Shown: piece by piece, positions 27,591 to 41,427 of the stretch | Numbering within the stretch: the first letter of the stretch is position 1 | Layout: the number at the start of each line of letters is the position of its first letter | NCBI RefSeq assembly: GCF_963921235.1 | Contig: NC_086097.1 | Span: 44,766,001-44,830,000 of the forward strand | Source of the DNA: Mobula hypostoma | Taxonomy: Eukaryota | Reading direction: 5' to 3' | Length of the DNA: 64,000 nucleotides | Notes under the pieces: generated by a model | What the model saw: the letters and a program-made list of their open reading frames with translations, nothing else | Told to the model about the DNA's origin: nothing | Database searches by the model: none | Program-made: the position numbers and the translations under genes

Positions 27591-27770
27591 GTACCTCTTC
27601 CTAGAGATTCTGACTGGCCTGCTGCGTTCACCAACAACTTTGATGTGTGTTGCCTGAATTTCCAACATCTGCAGAATTCCTTGTGTTTGTGTCCCTCCAC
27701 TGTAATTTTTATTTAGTAAAATTTAAATGTTGCCTGGCCTCTGTATAAATGTAACCTTCTGTAGTTCACA

Positions 27771-29054
27771 TCCTGGAAAAAGGTACAGTTGATGGTTCGG
27801 GCTGAGACCCTTCGACAGGACGTAGAGAAAAAGACGAGGAGTAGATTTAAAAGGTAGGGGAGGGGAGAGAAAAACACAAGGTGATAGGTGAAATTGGGAG
27901 GGAGAGGGATGAAGTAAAGAGCTGGGAGGTTGATTGGTGAAAGAGATACAGGACTGGAAAAAGGGGAGTCTGACAGGAGAGGACAGAAAGCTATGGAAGA
28001 CAGAAAAGGAGGGGAGGAGCACCAGAGGGAGGCAATGGGCAGGCAAGGAGATAAGGCGAGAGAGGGAAAAGGGATGGGAATGGTGGTGGGGGGCGGGGTG
28101 GGACACATTACCAAAAAGTTCAAGAAACTGATGTTCATGCCATCAAATTGGAGTCTACCCAGACAGAACATAAGCTGTTGTTCCTCCAACCTGAGTGTGG
28201 CCTCATCACAACCGTAGAGGAGGCCATGGATTGACATCGGAAAAGGAATGGGAAGTGGAATTAAAATGGGTGGCCATTGGGAGATCCCACTTCTCCTGGT
28301 GGATCGAGCGTAGGTGCTCAGTGAAATGGTCCCCCAATTTACATTGGGGTTCTGACCGATATATAGGATACACCGGGAGCACCAGGCACAATATATGACC
28401 CCAACAGACTCGAAGGTGAAGTGTTGCCTCACCTGGAAGGACTATTTGGAGCCCTGAATGGTAGTGAGGGATGTGGCCACTCATTTTAATTCCACTTCCC
28501 ATTCCCATTCTGATCTGTCAATCCGTGGCCTCCTCTACTGTTGCCATGAGGCCAGACTAAGGTTGGAGGAACAACACTTTATATTCCATCTGGGTAACCT
28601 CCAACCTGATGGTATGAACATCAATTTCTTGAACTTCTGGTAATAATCTCCCTCCCCACTCCCCATCCCTTTTTCTCTCTCTCACCGTATCTCCTTGCCT
28701 GCCCATTGCCTTCCTCTGGTGCTCCTCCCCTCCTTTTCTGTCTTCCATTGCCTTCTGTCCTCTCCTGTCAGACTCCCCCTTCTCCAGCCCTATATCTCTT
28801 TCACTAATCAACTTCCCTGCTCTTTACTTCATTCCTCTCCCTCCCAGTTTCACCTATCACCTTGTGTTTCTCTCCACCCCTCCCACCCCAATCTTTTAAA
28901 TCTACTCCTCATCTTTTTTTCTCCAGTCCTGCTGAGGGGTCTTGGTCAGAGACATCGACTGTACTTTTCCCATAGATGCTGCCCGGCCTGCTGTGTTCCT
29001 CCAGCATTTTGTCTGTGTTGCTTGGATTTACAGCATCTGCAGATTTACTTTTGT
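27771..29054 (-). mobile_element. Second Penelope-like element (different subfamily) with inverted duplication
   Basis: GVIYCAWCSRCILYIGQ GIY-YIG remnant; inverted arms ~27780-28275 and ~28473-28965; perfect 14-bp TSD TTCTGTAGTTCACA at 27757-27770 and 29055-29068. Confidence 0.9.
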
Positions 29055-30562
29055 TTCTGTAGTTCACAGGTATTTTGATCTGTGGATGGCAAGTGCTTGG
29101 AGCCACTTTTGGCTATGGTGTGCCATTGTACCCGCTCTTTTAGGTAGGGAGTATCACCCTCGAAGTTCCATGTGCCATTATCCTCTCTCATTCTTGTGGA
29201 GAGATCTCTTTAAATCCCTTAGGTCAGTGCATGACAGGACAGCTGCCTGTTGAGTAAGTTACTGCTGTTTCACTACTTTTAAAATGGAGCAACATGAGAT
29301 AATGATTGTTTAATGCAAGACTCCCCAATTTCATGAAATTATTGTGATTCCTAATCCAACATTAGCACCACACATGACATTCATTTAGCTTTCTTAAAAG
29401 GCCTAAAGTCCAATTTCTAGATAATCATGTTCCTGCACCTAAAAAACAACTTTTACAGCATAAACAACCAAAACGTGGAGGAACTATACCATTGCATGCC
29501 TTGCATTTTTAGAGAGAATGGTGCCATGACCTCTCAACCAAGAAACGCATCTGTACAAGAATGCACTTCACCTGATGCATGTGCTCTGTTTTCAAATCAT
29601 CTAATACTGGGACTTAATAGAAAACCCACAGCCAGTAACTTAAATTACTTCATTGCGATAACAGTAAGTAAAAATAGGCATATTTCACTGAAATTAGATA
29701 TGATAGAATTTGAAATATGGGAATATTTCTTAATAATTCAATAGCATAGGCTTTTTCATGAGTCCAAACTTAATTCACAAAACTACCTATTGATTCTATT
29801 TGCACAAATAATTTGTTTGTAGACATTTTTTGGAAACAAGGTTCCCTTTAGCTGCAGATAATGGCAATTTCTTGGTCACATTTTGTAGTCCACTTGGTCT
29901 AAATGCAGACTGCAGCCGCACGTGCACTTTTACACTTGCAGTGGTCTAGTCCTACAAAACTCAGCACTGTGAGTCATACACTGCACATGTCATGTTGGTA
30001 CTGTGCTAAATAAGGGCAGAAAGCCATAGCACAATGTTACCGCACTTAGTCTCAAAGGCAACATCTATAGCTCCACCTTGTCAGCAGTATATAACAACAG
30101 TTTGAAAGTTCTCAAATCAGGGGTCTAAGTTGTTCTTTTTCCCTCTGGGACCAAATCTACCCCTGATTTGTGGTGAAAATTGCTGAAATACTGCAATCTA
30201 ATTCATCATTCAGTTACTTCCATCTTCTTTCGAAAGCTGATGGACAATACCAATCAGTCAAGAACAAAGCTGCAAGTTGCAATGTTGAACTATGATTCTG
30301 TCCTTCCATAAAGACAAAATCTTGTTCCAAATCACAGGGAATCTTAGGCTTCAAGAAACAGTTATAAATTAGACTATCAGGGTTAAGACTAGTTATTGTT
30401 ACTTAATTGTTGTCTGGCAATGGCTATAACTGAAATGGAGTTGTTTTGTCTTCTTCTTCCTTTTAACTCAAAATAATTGGTGTTTTCCAAAGAATTTTTC
30501 CAGCTTTTTAAAGTATGGCATTATCATCAAGGTAAGGAATAAAAGTGTTTTAGAAATTGTTC

Positions 30563-33400
30563 ATAAGACCATTAGATATAGGATCAGAATGAGGCCATTT
30601 TGCCCATCGAGTCTGCTCCACTATTTCAACATGGCTAATCCAATTCTCCTCTCAGCCCCAATCTTCTGCTTTCTCCATGTATCCCTTCATGCCCTGACCA
30701 ATCAAGAATCTATCAACCTCTGCCCTAAATATATATAAAGACTTGGCTTCCACAGCTGCCTGTGGCAAAGACTTCTGCAGATTCACCACTCTCCGGCTAA
30801 AGAAATTCATCCTCACCTCCATTATAAAAGTATACTCCTCTATTCTGAAGCTGTATCCTCTGGTCTTAGACTCTCCCATCATAGGAAACATCCTCTCCAC
30901 ACTCTATCAAGGCCTTTCACCACTTGATAGGTTTCAATGAGGTCACCCCTCATTCTTCTGAATTCCAGTGAATACAGGTCCAGAGCCATCAAATCTCTTC
31001 CTATGATAAGCTGTTCAAACCTGGAATAATTTTTGTGAACCTCATTTGAAGGCTCTTCAGTTTCAGCATATCCTTTCTAAGATAAGGAGACCAAAAATGA
31101 TCATAATACTCCAAGTGAGGCCTCACCAGTGCTTTATAGTCTCAACATTACATCCTTGCTTTTATATTCTAGTCCTCTTGAAATGAATGCCAACATTGCA
31201 GTTGCCTTCCTCACCACAGACTCAACCTGCAAGTTAACCTTTCGGGAATCCTGCACAGGCACTCCCAAGTTCCTTTGTGCCTCAGTTTTTTGTACTTTCT
31301 CTCCATTTAGAAAATATTCAACTCTTTCATTTCTTCTACCAAAATGCATGACCATACACTTCCTGACACAGTATTCCAACTGCCACTTCTTTGCCTATTC
31401 TCCTAATCTGTCCAAGTCCTTCTGTAGCCTCTTCACATCCTTAAAACTACCTGTTCCTCCACCTATCTTCATATCATCAGCATATCATTTGCAACAAACC
31501 ATCAATTGCATCATCCAAGTCATTGACATACAACATAAAAAGAATCGGTCTCAACACAGACCCGTGTGGAACACCACTGGTCACTGTCAGCCTACTAGAA
31601 AAGGCTCCTCTTATTCCCACTCTTTGCCTCCTGCCAGTCAGTCACTGCTTTATTCATGCTAGAATCTTTCCCGTAATAACACAGGCTTGTAGCTTGTTAA
31701 GCAGCCTCATGTGTGGCACCTGGTCAAAGTCCTTCTGAAAATCCAAGTACACAACATCACCCGATTCTCCTTTGTCTATCCTTGTTATTTCTTCAAAGAA
31801 TTCCAACAGATTTGACAGGCAAGATTTTCTCTTGAGAAAACCATGCTGATTATGGCCTATTTTATCATGTGCCTCCATAAACCCTGAGACCTCATTCTTA
31901 GTAATCGACTCCAACATCTGCCCAACCACTGAGGTTAGACCAACTGGCTTGTAGTTTCCCTTCTTCTGCCTCTCTACTTTCTTGAAGAGTGGAGTGAAAT
32001 TTGCAATTTTCCAGTCTTCTGAAATCATTCCAGAATGTAGTGATTCTTGAAGGATCATTATGAATGCCTCATAATCTCTTCAACCACCTCCTTCAGGACC
32101 CTGGGGAGTACACCATCTGGTCCAGATGATTTACCTACCTTCAAACCTTTCAATTTCCCAAGAACATTCTCCCTAATAATGGATGTAAAATACTTATTCA
32201 GTTTGTCCACCATTTCCTTGTCTTCCATTAATACCTCTCCAGTATAATTTTCCAGTGATCTGATATCCACTCTCATCTCTCTTTTACACTTTATGTATCT
32301 GAAGAAACTTTTGGTATCCTCCTTAATATTCTTGGTTAGCTTACTTTTGTATTCCATCTTTACATTCTTAATGACTTTTTTAGTTGCTCTCTGTTGGTAT
32401 TTAAAAGCTTCCCAATCCTCTAACTTCCCACTAATTTTCGCTCTATTATATGCCCCCTTCTTTGGCTTTTATGTTGGCATTGGCTTCTCTTGTTAGCCAT
32501 GGGTGTGTCATCTTGCCTTTAGAATACTTCTTCCTCTTTGGGAGGTATATATCCTGTGCCTTCCGAATTGCTTCCAGAAATTCCAGCCATTGCTGCTCTG
32601 CCATTATAACTGCCAGTGTTCTTTTCCAATTAATTGTAGCCATCTCCTCTCTCACGTCTCTGTAATTCCCTTTACTCCAAGAGGTCACAACATCAGGATT
32701 GAAGGACATCCGTTTAGAACTGAGATGCGGAGAAATTACTTTAGTCAGAGGGTGGTAATTTTGTGGAATTTGTTGCCATGAGCGGCTGTGGAGGCCAAGT
32801 CATTGGGTGTATTTAAGGCAGAGATGGATAGGTTCTTGATTAGCCAGGGCATCAAAGGGTATGGGTGAAAGCAGGGGAATGGGGATGACTGGAAGAATTG
32901 GATCAGCCCATGATTGAATGGCAGAACAGATTTGCTGGGCCAAATGGCCTACTTCTACTCCTATACCTTATGGTCTAATGGTTATACTGATACATCTGAC
33001 TTTATCTTCTCCTTTTCAAATTTCAGGATGAATTTGATCATATTATGATCACTTTTCCCTAAGGATTCTCTTATCTTAAGCTCTCTAATCAATTCTGGTT
33101 CTTTGCACAACACCCAATCCTCTAGTGGGCTCAATCACGAGCTACTCTAAAAAGCCATCTCGTAGGCATTCCAGAAATTCCCCCTCGTAGAAACCAGTAC
33201 CAACCTGATTTTTCCAAACTACCTGCATACTGAAATCCCCATGACTATTGTAACATTGCTCTTTTGGCATGCGTTTTTTATCTCCCATTGTAATCTGCAG
33301 ACCACATCCTTACTACTGTTTGGGGGTCTGTATATAACTCCCATCAGTGTATTTTTTTACCCTTGCAGCTCCTTAGCTCTATCCACAATGATTCAACACC
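30563..33400 (-). mobile_element. Degenerate CR1 LINE ORF2 with nested antisense CR1 tail (~32678-32985, +)
   Basis: ORFs 30652-32709 with KSSGPDG, QHGF, VVYLDFQK motifs. Confidence 0.92.
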
Positions 33401-34406
33401 TTCATGTTCTCTTTTGCGTTAGAGATCACAGAATATTCACTGTGCACTGAGCACAATATAACTGGTGTACCCAGGAGCTATAGTCTTTAACTATATGGGA
33501 TACACAGCAACTATACCAAAAATGCATTGCTATTTTTGCTATTCTGTTTAACTAAAATTCTGGACAAATAAAGAAGTAATAAGAAAACATCAGCAACTAT
33601 ATATTTCTTTTCTCAACTGATGTTTCAAAGCGGTTAACAAAAACTGAGTAATGAAGTGAAGTCAGTGCACAATGTAGAGAAGCAAGATAGCCAATGTACC
33701 TAACATGATCCCATGAAAAATAATGAAACAATTACTAGATAAACAGATTTTAATTATATTCATTAGGGTATAAACATTTTCCAGGATATTAGGATATATA
33801 TCGTGATCTTCTTTACTGAATAGGCATTTGAACCACCGTAGTTCAATATTTCACATGAAAGGTAGCACACATAACAGTACAGCATTTAGAAATTGGCTTT
33901 GAATCTATGCAAGCATCAGAAAGTAAGAAAATAATCACAGAAGTAAAACTTCTATCAAATCTATCTGATAGGCTGCTCTGTTCCTAAGTGTTGTCGTCAC
34001 ATCGCAATCAAACAAATCTTGAACAAATGAATCTTGTGCAAAAATATTGAGTTAGCAGTAAAAATAGAATATTATCTGTACCACGCTTAACCCATTAATG
34101 CTCAGATGAAATCATTGTTCCACATTAGTGTGATGTTAGAACGTTATAGCCTAGGAACAGGTCCTTTGACCACCAATGTTTTCTAATAGTCAAACCATAA
34201 TGTCCTTACTCATTGTGCTAACACAAACACTCTTAAAATACTTCATCACAGAATTTAGTTATCTTTCTAGGTCTAAATAACCTATTGCACGTACAATATA
34301 GCTTAATCCTGTTTACATTCTTCAATAAAACAAAATTATTCATAAACTATTAAAACATAACTTTGCTTCATAATTTTAAAATACCATATATTCCTTAACT
34401 TCTCAC

Positions 34407-34467
34407 CTTGAAATCGTTCCTGACTTTTCGACAGAATTGGCTCTTTCCCATGGCTTTTTAACAGCAT
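34407..34467 (-). CDS. EVL: EVL exon (DAVKKPWERANSVEKSGTISR)
   Basis: aacag|AT GCT...TCA AG|gtgaga; 61 nt, phase 1-2; conserved KPWER motif. Confidence 0.95.
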
Positions 34468-35884
34468 CTGTTGAGAAATACTTATGTTTATTCAACAGAT
34501 TTACAGCTTGCATTGATCTTATTAGGTAAAAGATGCCTCTGATGTAAAGCTCTCAATACACATATTATTATTTATAATAAATTACTAGATAAAGAAAATC
34601 ACTGGACACTCATGCATTTTGCATCAAAGAACACCTGGTGTTTTTGGTACCTATAATTCTTCTCAGGTACGTATTGAATTATTGGCACTGTTTTCTTTAC
34701 AACTGGGAGCACTGATCCTGCTGACAGCCTCTACAGCTACAGATTCAAATGATGCATCAATAGTATGACAGCTGTCCCACACAAATAATGATTCAGACCA
34801 AATATTGTTTTTGCCAAATTCAAAATCTGTGATCCCTATTTGGAGCAAACTGCCAGACCTTCAACATTATCTGTATCTCCATTTGATAATGCCTTGTACC
34901 AAATAGCTCCTAGATGCTCAGCCACCGAGCTACATTGGATTGCTCCATCAAATTGAGGATAAATGGGTTCAAACCCAATTTAAACTAAAAGCTGTCTGGG
35001 CATGTGAATGGGATATTTTTGTGCTAAGCATAGATATGTGGAGTATATTTTCCAATGGTATTATTTTGATATTTATTCCATTTATACTTCGCAATACTAT
35101 TTTGTGATCAAATATAAAGGTATATAATTAAAAATTAAATGATAACATTAAGTAGTTTAACTTTTTCCATCATTTCTTTCTTTTTCTTGCAAGATTTTTG
35201 ACTCTTACCAGGATATGATCCAAAATGTTATGTTTGCTTGACAATTTTAATTGTTTCTAAACTTTAATTATTTAAAAAAATTAATTAGCTCTTCTCTCAA
35301 ATAAATATAATTATTGATTAGGTGATTAAATGCTAACTAATTAGAAATCTTACAATTTCTGATCAATTTGCATAAGATCTTCTGACATGATCAAATTTCA
35401 TGTATGCACAAATGCATGGATCGTCTAAGCTCTGATGAGATTATATTTTAACAGATTTCCCACAGGCAGAGGAAATTACAAAAGGAAAACAGTAATGGAA
35501 AAGTCACAGAATTGTATAGCAAGCAAACAGACTGGTGGGCAGCCTTCTGTAATAATTCTATCTCCCAGCACTTGGTTCCTAGCCTTTTGTGCTGAAGTGA
35601 TCCAAGTGCTCATCTAAAAACTTCTTAAATGCTGTCAATGAACTGGCTTCTCAGGCAATGCATTCCAGATACTTACCAATCTCTGGGTGCAGAAGCCCCC
35701 TCCCCACCCCCACAGATCCCCTCGAAATCTCTTACTCCTTTACCAAGCCCTTTTATTTCATCTACCTCTCATTTGAAGAAAGGTTTTCTGCATTCTACAC
35801 AGTTGATACCCCTCATTAATGTTATACATCTCAACCAATTCTCCTCCCACAACTCTGGAGAATAGCCATTGTTGTTCCTCCGGA

Positions 35885-36010
35885 GACACAAGAGACTGCA
35901 GATGTTGGATTCAGGAGCAATACAAAAAAATGCAGGAGGAACACAGCAGGTCAGGCAGCATCTATGGAGAGAAATGGACGGTCAATGTTTCTGGTCGAAA
36001 CACTTCATCT
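35885..36010. mobile_element. Short degenerate Penelope-type terminal fragment
   Basis: ctgcagatgttgg...cagcaggtcaggcagcatctatggaga. Confidence 0.6.
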
Positions 36011-37290
36011 GTTATTCCAATGTTTAAGAAGGTAATAGAGAGAGAGAGAGAGAGAGAGAAGCATTGTCTATAAGCATAGACTCACTAGGAACTGTTAGCA
36101 TGGCTTTGTGTGAGGGAGGTTACATCTTACAAACTTGATTCTGTTTTTTTTTGTCGAGGTGATTAAGTTGATGAGGACTTGACAGTGGATGCTGTATACG
36201 TGGACATTAGGCAAACTTTCAAAGGTCCTTCGTGGTAGGCTGATCCAGAAGGTTAAGGGCATATGAGATCCATGGAGAATTGGTAGATGAGTTTCAAAAT
36301 TGGCTTGGCCAAAGAAGACAGAGGGTAGTGGTGAAAGGTTATTGTTCTGACTGGAGGTCTGTGACCAGTGGTGTGCTGCGAGGATCATTGATGTGACCTT
36401 TATTGTTCTTGTCATATACGGTGGACGTGGACAAATAGGTTGATCAGCTGATAAGTAAGTTTGCAGATAGCACAAAAATTGGCAGTTGTGGATATTGAGA
36501 AAGAGTGTCAAAGAATTCAGCAGGATATAGACTGGTTGGCAATGCAGGCAGAAGCATGGCAGGCCGAGTTTAATCTAGATGAGTATGAACTGTCAAATGC
36601 AACAGGAAACTATGCAGGAGTGAATGGCAGGAGCCCTAACAGCATTGATATAAAGATGTACCCTGGGTTGTAAATCCATAGCTTCTTGAAAATGGCAGCA
36701 TATAGAGAGGGTGGTAGAGAAAGCTTCCAGCATACTTGCATTCATTAGCTGGGATGTTGTGTATAAAGTTGGGAAAACATTGCATTTGGAGTAATGTGTA
36801 CTGCTCTGGTCACTGCATTACACGAAGGATGTGGTGGATTTGGAGAGCATATGGAAGAGGTTCATTAAGTTGTTGCCTGGATTAGAGAATATTACCCCTA
36901 GGAAAGGTTGGAAAAACTTGGATTGCTTTTCTGCAGCAGCAGAGGCTGAGGGGTGACCTGACTAAAGTATATAAAATGAGGAGAGGCACAGATTAGATAG
37001 ATAGTCTTTTCTGGTTCAAATGTAAATTATGAATGGGCACAGCTACAAGGAGAGAATGGGTGAAGTTTAAAGGACATTTATGAGGCAAGTTTTTTTTACA
37101 TAGAGTTGCAGATGCCTAGAACATGCTGCCGGGGGATATAGTGGAAGCAGATACAAGAGTAACATTTAAGAGAAATTTAGACAGGTGTATGAACAGGCAG
37201 GGAAAGGATGGATTGAAGACTATGTGAAGGCAGATGGGATTAGTTAGATGAGCTAAATGGCCTATCCCTGTGCTATACTGTTTGATGTTT
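36010..37290 (+). mobile_element. Old CR1 LINE RT region and 3' tail
   Basis: cagcatggctttgtg (QHGFV), KFAD.TK, 3' UTR gcctatccctgtgct; further old minus-strand CR1 pieces at ~35560-35870 and 37290-38035. Confidence 0.8.
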
Positions 37291-39784
37291 AACTGTCTCC
37301 ACTCAGGACTGAGGCACCCAATTGCTGAAGTGTTCCATTCCAGTGAAACTCCTCTGCATTCTCCCCAGAGCTAATCAAAACCCTCCTATAATTTGGTGGC
37401 CAGAAATGTAAACAGCACTCTTGCAGAGGCTTGACTAAGGTCTCAATCAGAATCTGGGTTATCATCATTGCCTTATTTGACATGAATCCTGCTGTTTTGT
37501 GGCAGTAGTACAGTGCAAATGCATAAAGTTACTATAAATTACAAAATAGATAAATAGTAAACAAAAAGATAGAATTCATGGACCATTCAGAAATCTGGTG
37601 GTGGAGGGGTAAGAAGTCTTATAAAGTTGTAGCATAACCTCACTACTTCTGTGTTTAGTGGCCCCACTAATGAATGATAGTATCCAATATGCCTTCTTAA
37701 CCAAGTTACCTACCTGCATTGCCGTCATCAAGATTTATGAACTTGTACTCCAAGATCCCTCTATTCTTCAATACTCTCCAAAGCTCTGGACTAAACTCCA
37801 TCTGACATTTTTCTGTCCATTTCATCAGCATATCATTATCTCTCTGCAGTCTGACTACCTTCCACACTATCAATAACTTCACTCATCTTTGTATCATCAT
37901 GAAGTTAGATCTTGCCTCTCACATCCACATTACAAACAGCAAGGATCCCACACCAATCCTTGTGGAACACCACTAGTCAAAGGGAATGAGCTGCTGAAAC
38001 AACCCTCTATCATCACTGTCTGTCTCCTGCTGCTGATCAGCTGGATAGCAGATTATTTGTTGAATTACACCAGAATCGGAATCAGGTTTATGATCATTAA
38101 AAGATGTGAAATTTGTTGTTTAGTGGTAGAAACACAGTGCAACATGAAACATTACTATAAATTACAAACAAATACATAGGGCACAAGACAAATAGTGAAG
38201 TAGTGTTGATGGATTCAAAGATGTGCACTGTATCATTTTATTTCCATTCCTCGAAAAACAATGAAAGTTTTTTAAAATCAGAAATAAACTTGTATGTCAT
38301 CTCTGTAACAATAACCTACATAATAATATTCTGACTCAATGAAAGAAAGCTGTTGCTTGATCTTTGATTTTGTAGATAACCCAAGTGGATTGTGAAAAGC
38401 TCTTAAAACTTGTATGAGAATTCAAGAGTGCATTTGGCAGAAGTTATTAATGAATAGTTATCACATAGTTTCAGGATAACTTCTGAAAAAATATATTTTC
38501 GTATGTTAAAGACAGACCTTTGGATATTGTTGGAATCAAAGGATATTTGGTTTGTCAAAGAACCTGGCCTGAGCATGATCTCACTCACTGACGTAGCAAG
38601 CCTATCCTTGCTTCTATTTCTTAATTCCTGTGTAATTAAGTATATGATAAGTTAAAACTGTAACATCTAGATGGCGAGAATTATTGAGTCGGTGCCTCAG
38701 AGTTCCACGTTAGCAGCAATTTTCATAAATGACCTGGATTCTGAAACTCAATACAAAGTAAACAAAATTGCAGAGGATGGTAATGAAAATGGCCAATGGA
38801 TTTGGAGGTATCAACCTAGAAGCCACAGGGTGGTTGGATTGAATGTGGACTCTGGCAGTAATCAGCTAATGGAACTCAATTTAGAAAATGCTAAGTGCAG
38901 CACATTGCTAGAAATATTAGATGACACATGTACTTCATAAATAGTATAAAGATTACTAAGGAAACTCCAAAGGAGATGCATGGTTCTTACTCATCTCAGT
39001 AACTAATAAAAGCAAAGCAAAGCAGAAAACAACCAAAATGAATAGAAAGCTCAACTATATCATTAAAAGGCAATCTGTCAGACAGTATCACAATTAAATG
39101 ATGCATTGTTTCTTTGAATGCACCTTGCACACTGTGGTTATGTCTGCTTCATGAATACAGCTGTGTGCTGCAGATAGTGAAGAGAAGTACCACAATATTG
39201 ATCAGGCTCACATTTTGAAGGCTGAGCATAGCATATGATGCTGTGTGCCTGTGATGCGGCTGCAAGTAAGCTTTTCATTTGCAAATGTGCATACATTTGT
39301 TCCAACATATGACAAAACACTCAACTTCAACTTTGAGAAACCTCTGGTTTTTACAGTGGCTTATAAGAAGTCTAAGATAATGGAAATGGTACCTTATGGT
39401 GCATAGATTCAAACTGATAATATGAAAAATTAGGAATAGTATCAGGAAATTCTACATTATACAAAGAATGATCCATCATAGAAATAAAAGTGACAAAAAC
39501 TGCAGAATAATTTAGAAATCATCCTATGCTAAATTTGAACTGTGCTTAGGAACCTACAAGACGAATTTATTAAAAGGGCAAAATAATCTTCTTCTTCCTT
39601 ATGGTCTTTGTGATCCTTGTACATAAACTGCAACTTCTATCTAATCTGCAAAACTACATCCCCATTCTTTGACAAACTCTGCACAGATTTTATACATATA
39701 ATATTTCAAAAAGGTCTGTGATACCCTGTATGTTAAACCAGTTACGTACTCAAAATTCCACAAAGGACAGACTATAGACTTCAC

Positions 39785-39845
39785 CTGTTGAATTCTGCAC
39801 ACCAGGTCCTCGTGAATTGGGTGAAGGTGAAAGGCTTGCATCCTC
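39785..39845 (-). CDS. EVL: EVL exon (EDASLSPSPNSRGPGVQNST)
   Basis: atcag|GAG GAT...ACA G|gtgaag; 61 nt, phase 0-1. Confidence 0.9.
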
Positions 39846-40094
39846 CTGATGAAAATAATGATAGTGAAGACACAAGTTACCTCAATTCTTGTATTGAAAA
39901 TATTCTTCTATTACTCCATTTTTTTGTTAACATGCAAATGGTAACTAAGGGTATTCAATTATTGAGCAACAATGTGTATTCTACTTTCAGTTAGATTTAC
40001 AATTCTTTCCAGAACATGTCAGGGAAACAGAAATACAACTGTTTTCATATATGCAACATTAGCTTGCTCATTTACATTTGACTGACAGGTGTGA

Positions 40095-40415
40095 TATGAC
40101 AGCGGCTCCTCACACTTCAACAGCCCAGGTTTAACCCTGATCTCCAATGCTATCTGAATGGACCTTGCATCTTTTCCCTGTGACAATGGAGGTTTGCCCT
40201 AGATACATCAGTTTCCTCCAACATCACAAACATGCGCAGGTCGGTAGGTTAATTGGCTGCTGTAAATTGCCTTTAGTCTAAGTGAATAGTAGAATCTGGG
40301 GAGAGATGATGAAAATGTTAGGTTGATTTAAAAAAGTGTAAGATTAGTGTAAATGTGTGCTTGGCGTGGACCTGGTAACCCCAAGGGCCTGCTTCAATAT
40401 TATGTCACTCCTTGA
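40095..40415 (+). mobile_element. Degenerate V-SINE/HE1-type tRNA-derived SINE
   Basis: Core cagtttcctccaacatcacaaacatgcgcagg...ggttaattggctgctgtaaattgcc typical of V-SINEs. Confidence 0.7.
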
Positions 40416-40470
40416 CTCTGTGATAAAGGTTCATGAATGCAATCAATCTAGAAGAAAGCTGAGTACACAC

Positions 40471-40531
40471 ATTCTGGCTTTCCTCCTCTTTTTTGTCACT
40501 TGGTTTATCTGTTTGTTGGGCAGCTTTTCTC
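40471..40531 (-). CDS. EVL: EVL exon (RKAAQQTDKPSDKKEEESQN)
   Basis: ttcag|G AGA...CAG AAT|gtgtgt; 61 nt, phase 2-0. Confidence 0.93.
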
Positions 40532-40599
40532 CTGAATGAAGAGAAAAAACACAATTTAGTCCTGTGCAGTGGATTACTATTATTAATTTTGTTGAAATA

Positions 40600-41427
40600 C
40601 AGCTGATTTTCTAACTGGGACACTTCAAGACCATTACGTTTTGGCCCAATTAAATGGCTGTCACAATTGGCCGCAGTTTCAAGGAAATAATTCAGTGTAT
40701 AAAATAGACCAACTACTATTTAACTGAGTAACAAATTATGTATTTAAATGGAAATACAGAACAAATTAGAACACTAACAATACCACTACAGTACTATAAA
40801 ACTGTAGTTCCTAATAGTTATCAATGAAGAAATTCATCCATTCTACGCTGTCATGTTCTACTGATTGACTGTAAATGAACAAAATCAGAGCAGACATCTA
40901 GTGCAGATAATAGATTGCCTTCATACAATGCTTTCAATGATTGCATTTTCCAAATCTACATCTTCATTGTAACTTTCAAGATGATTGTTGATACTTTCAA
41001 ATTCTTCACAGTTCCTAAATTATTGAAGTGTGAAGTCATTTCATTTTCACTCATGGTCATTTCTACATCTGCAAGCCTGAATGCTTGAAACTGAAGCGAG
41101 CAAAACCGTTTTGAGTTGTCTGATTGTTTATTTCTCACCAACTACCATTGACAAAAATCACTGCCTTTTGAACAGAAACACGTGCTACTGGCACTATTTA
41201 AAAACTGTTCTCTTTAAGCAAGGTGTTGTGTCTAATGGCCACACAAGTGGACGTGACTGATGTTAGTTAGAAACTTTAGTAACCATCTCCTGACCCAATT
41301 AAATGGCATAGTATCACAAATATACAAAGGGAATTCCAGCTATTTTCTCAGTTTTTGTTCTCTAAGAGTTGTCCCAAATACGTGGCTGCCCCAATTAACT
41401 GATGGCCCAATTAGCTGGAATCCACTG
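40600..41427. mobile_element. Non-autonomous TA-flanked DNA transposon (Tigger/pogo-like)
   Basis: TA|cagctgattttctaactggg ... cccaattagctggaatccactg|TA with repeated cccaatta subterminal motifs. Confidence 0.55.

Larger units (their letters stand above)
25731..27692 (-). mobile_element. Penelope-like element (RT C-terminus + GIY-YIG endonuclease), 5'-truncated with inverted duplication
   Basis: IYYKPTDSHSYLDYSSSHP, CKWNKCYTC, GVIYCVWCSRCGLLYIGET; inverted arms ~25731-26366 and ~27016-27655; TSD CCCTCCA(T/C)TGTAA at 25718-25730 and 27693-27705. Confidence 0.93.
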
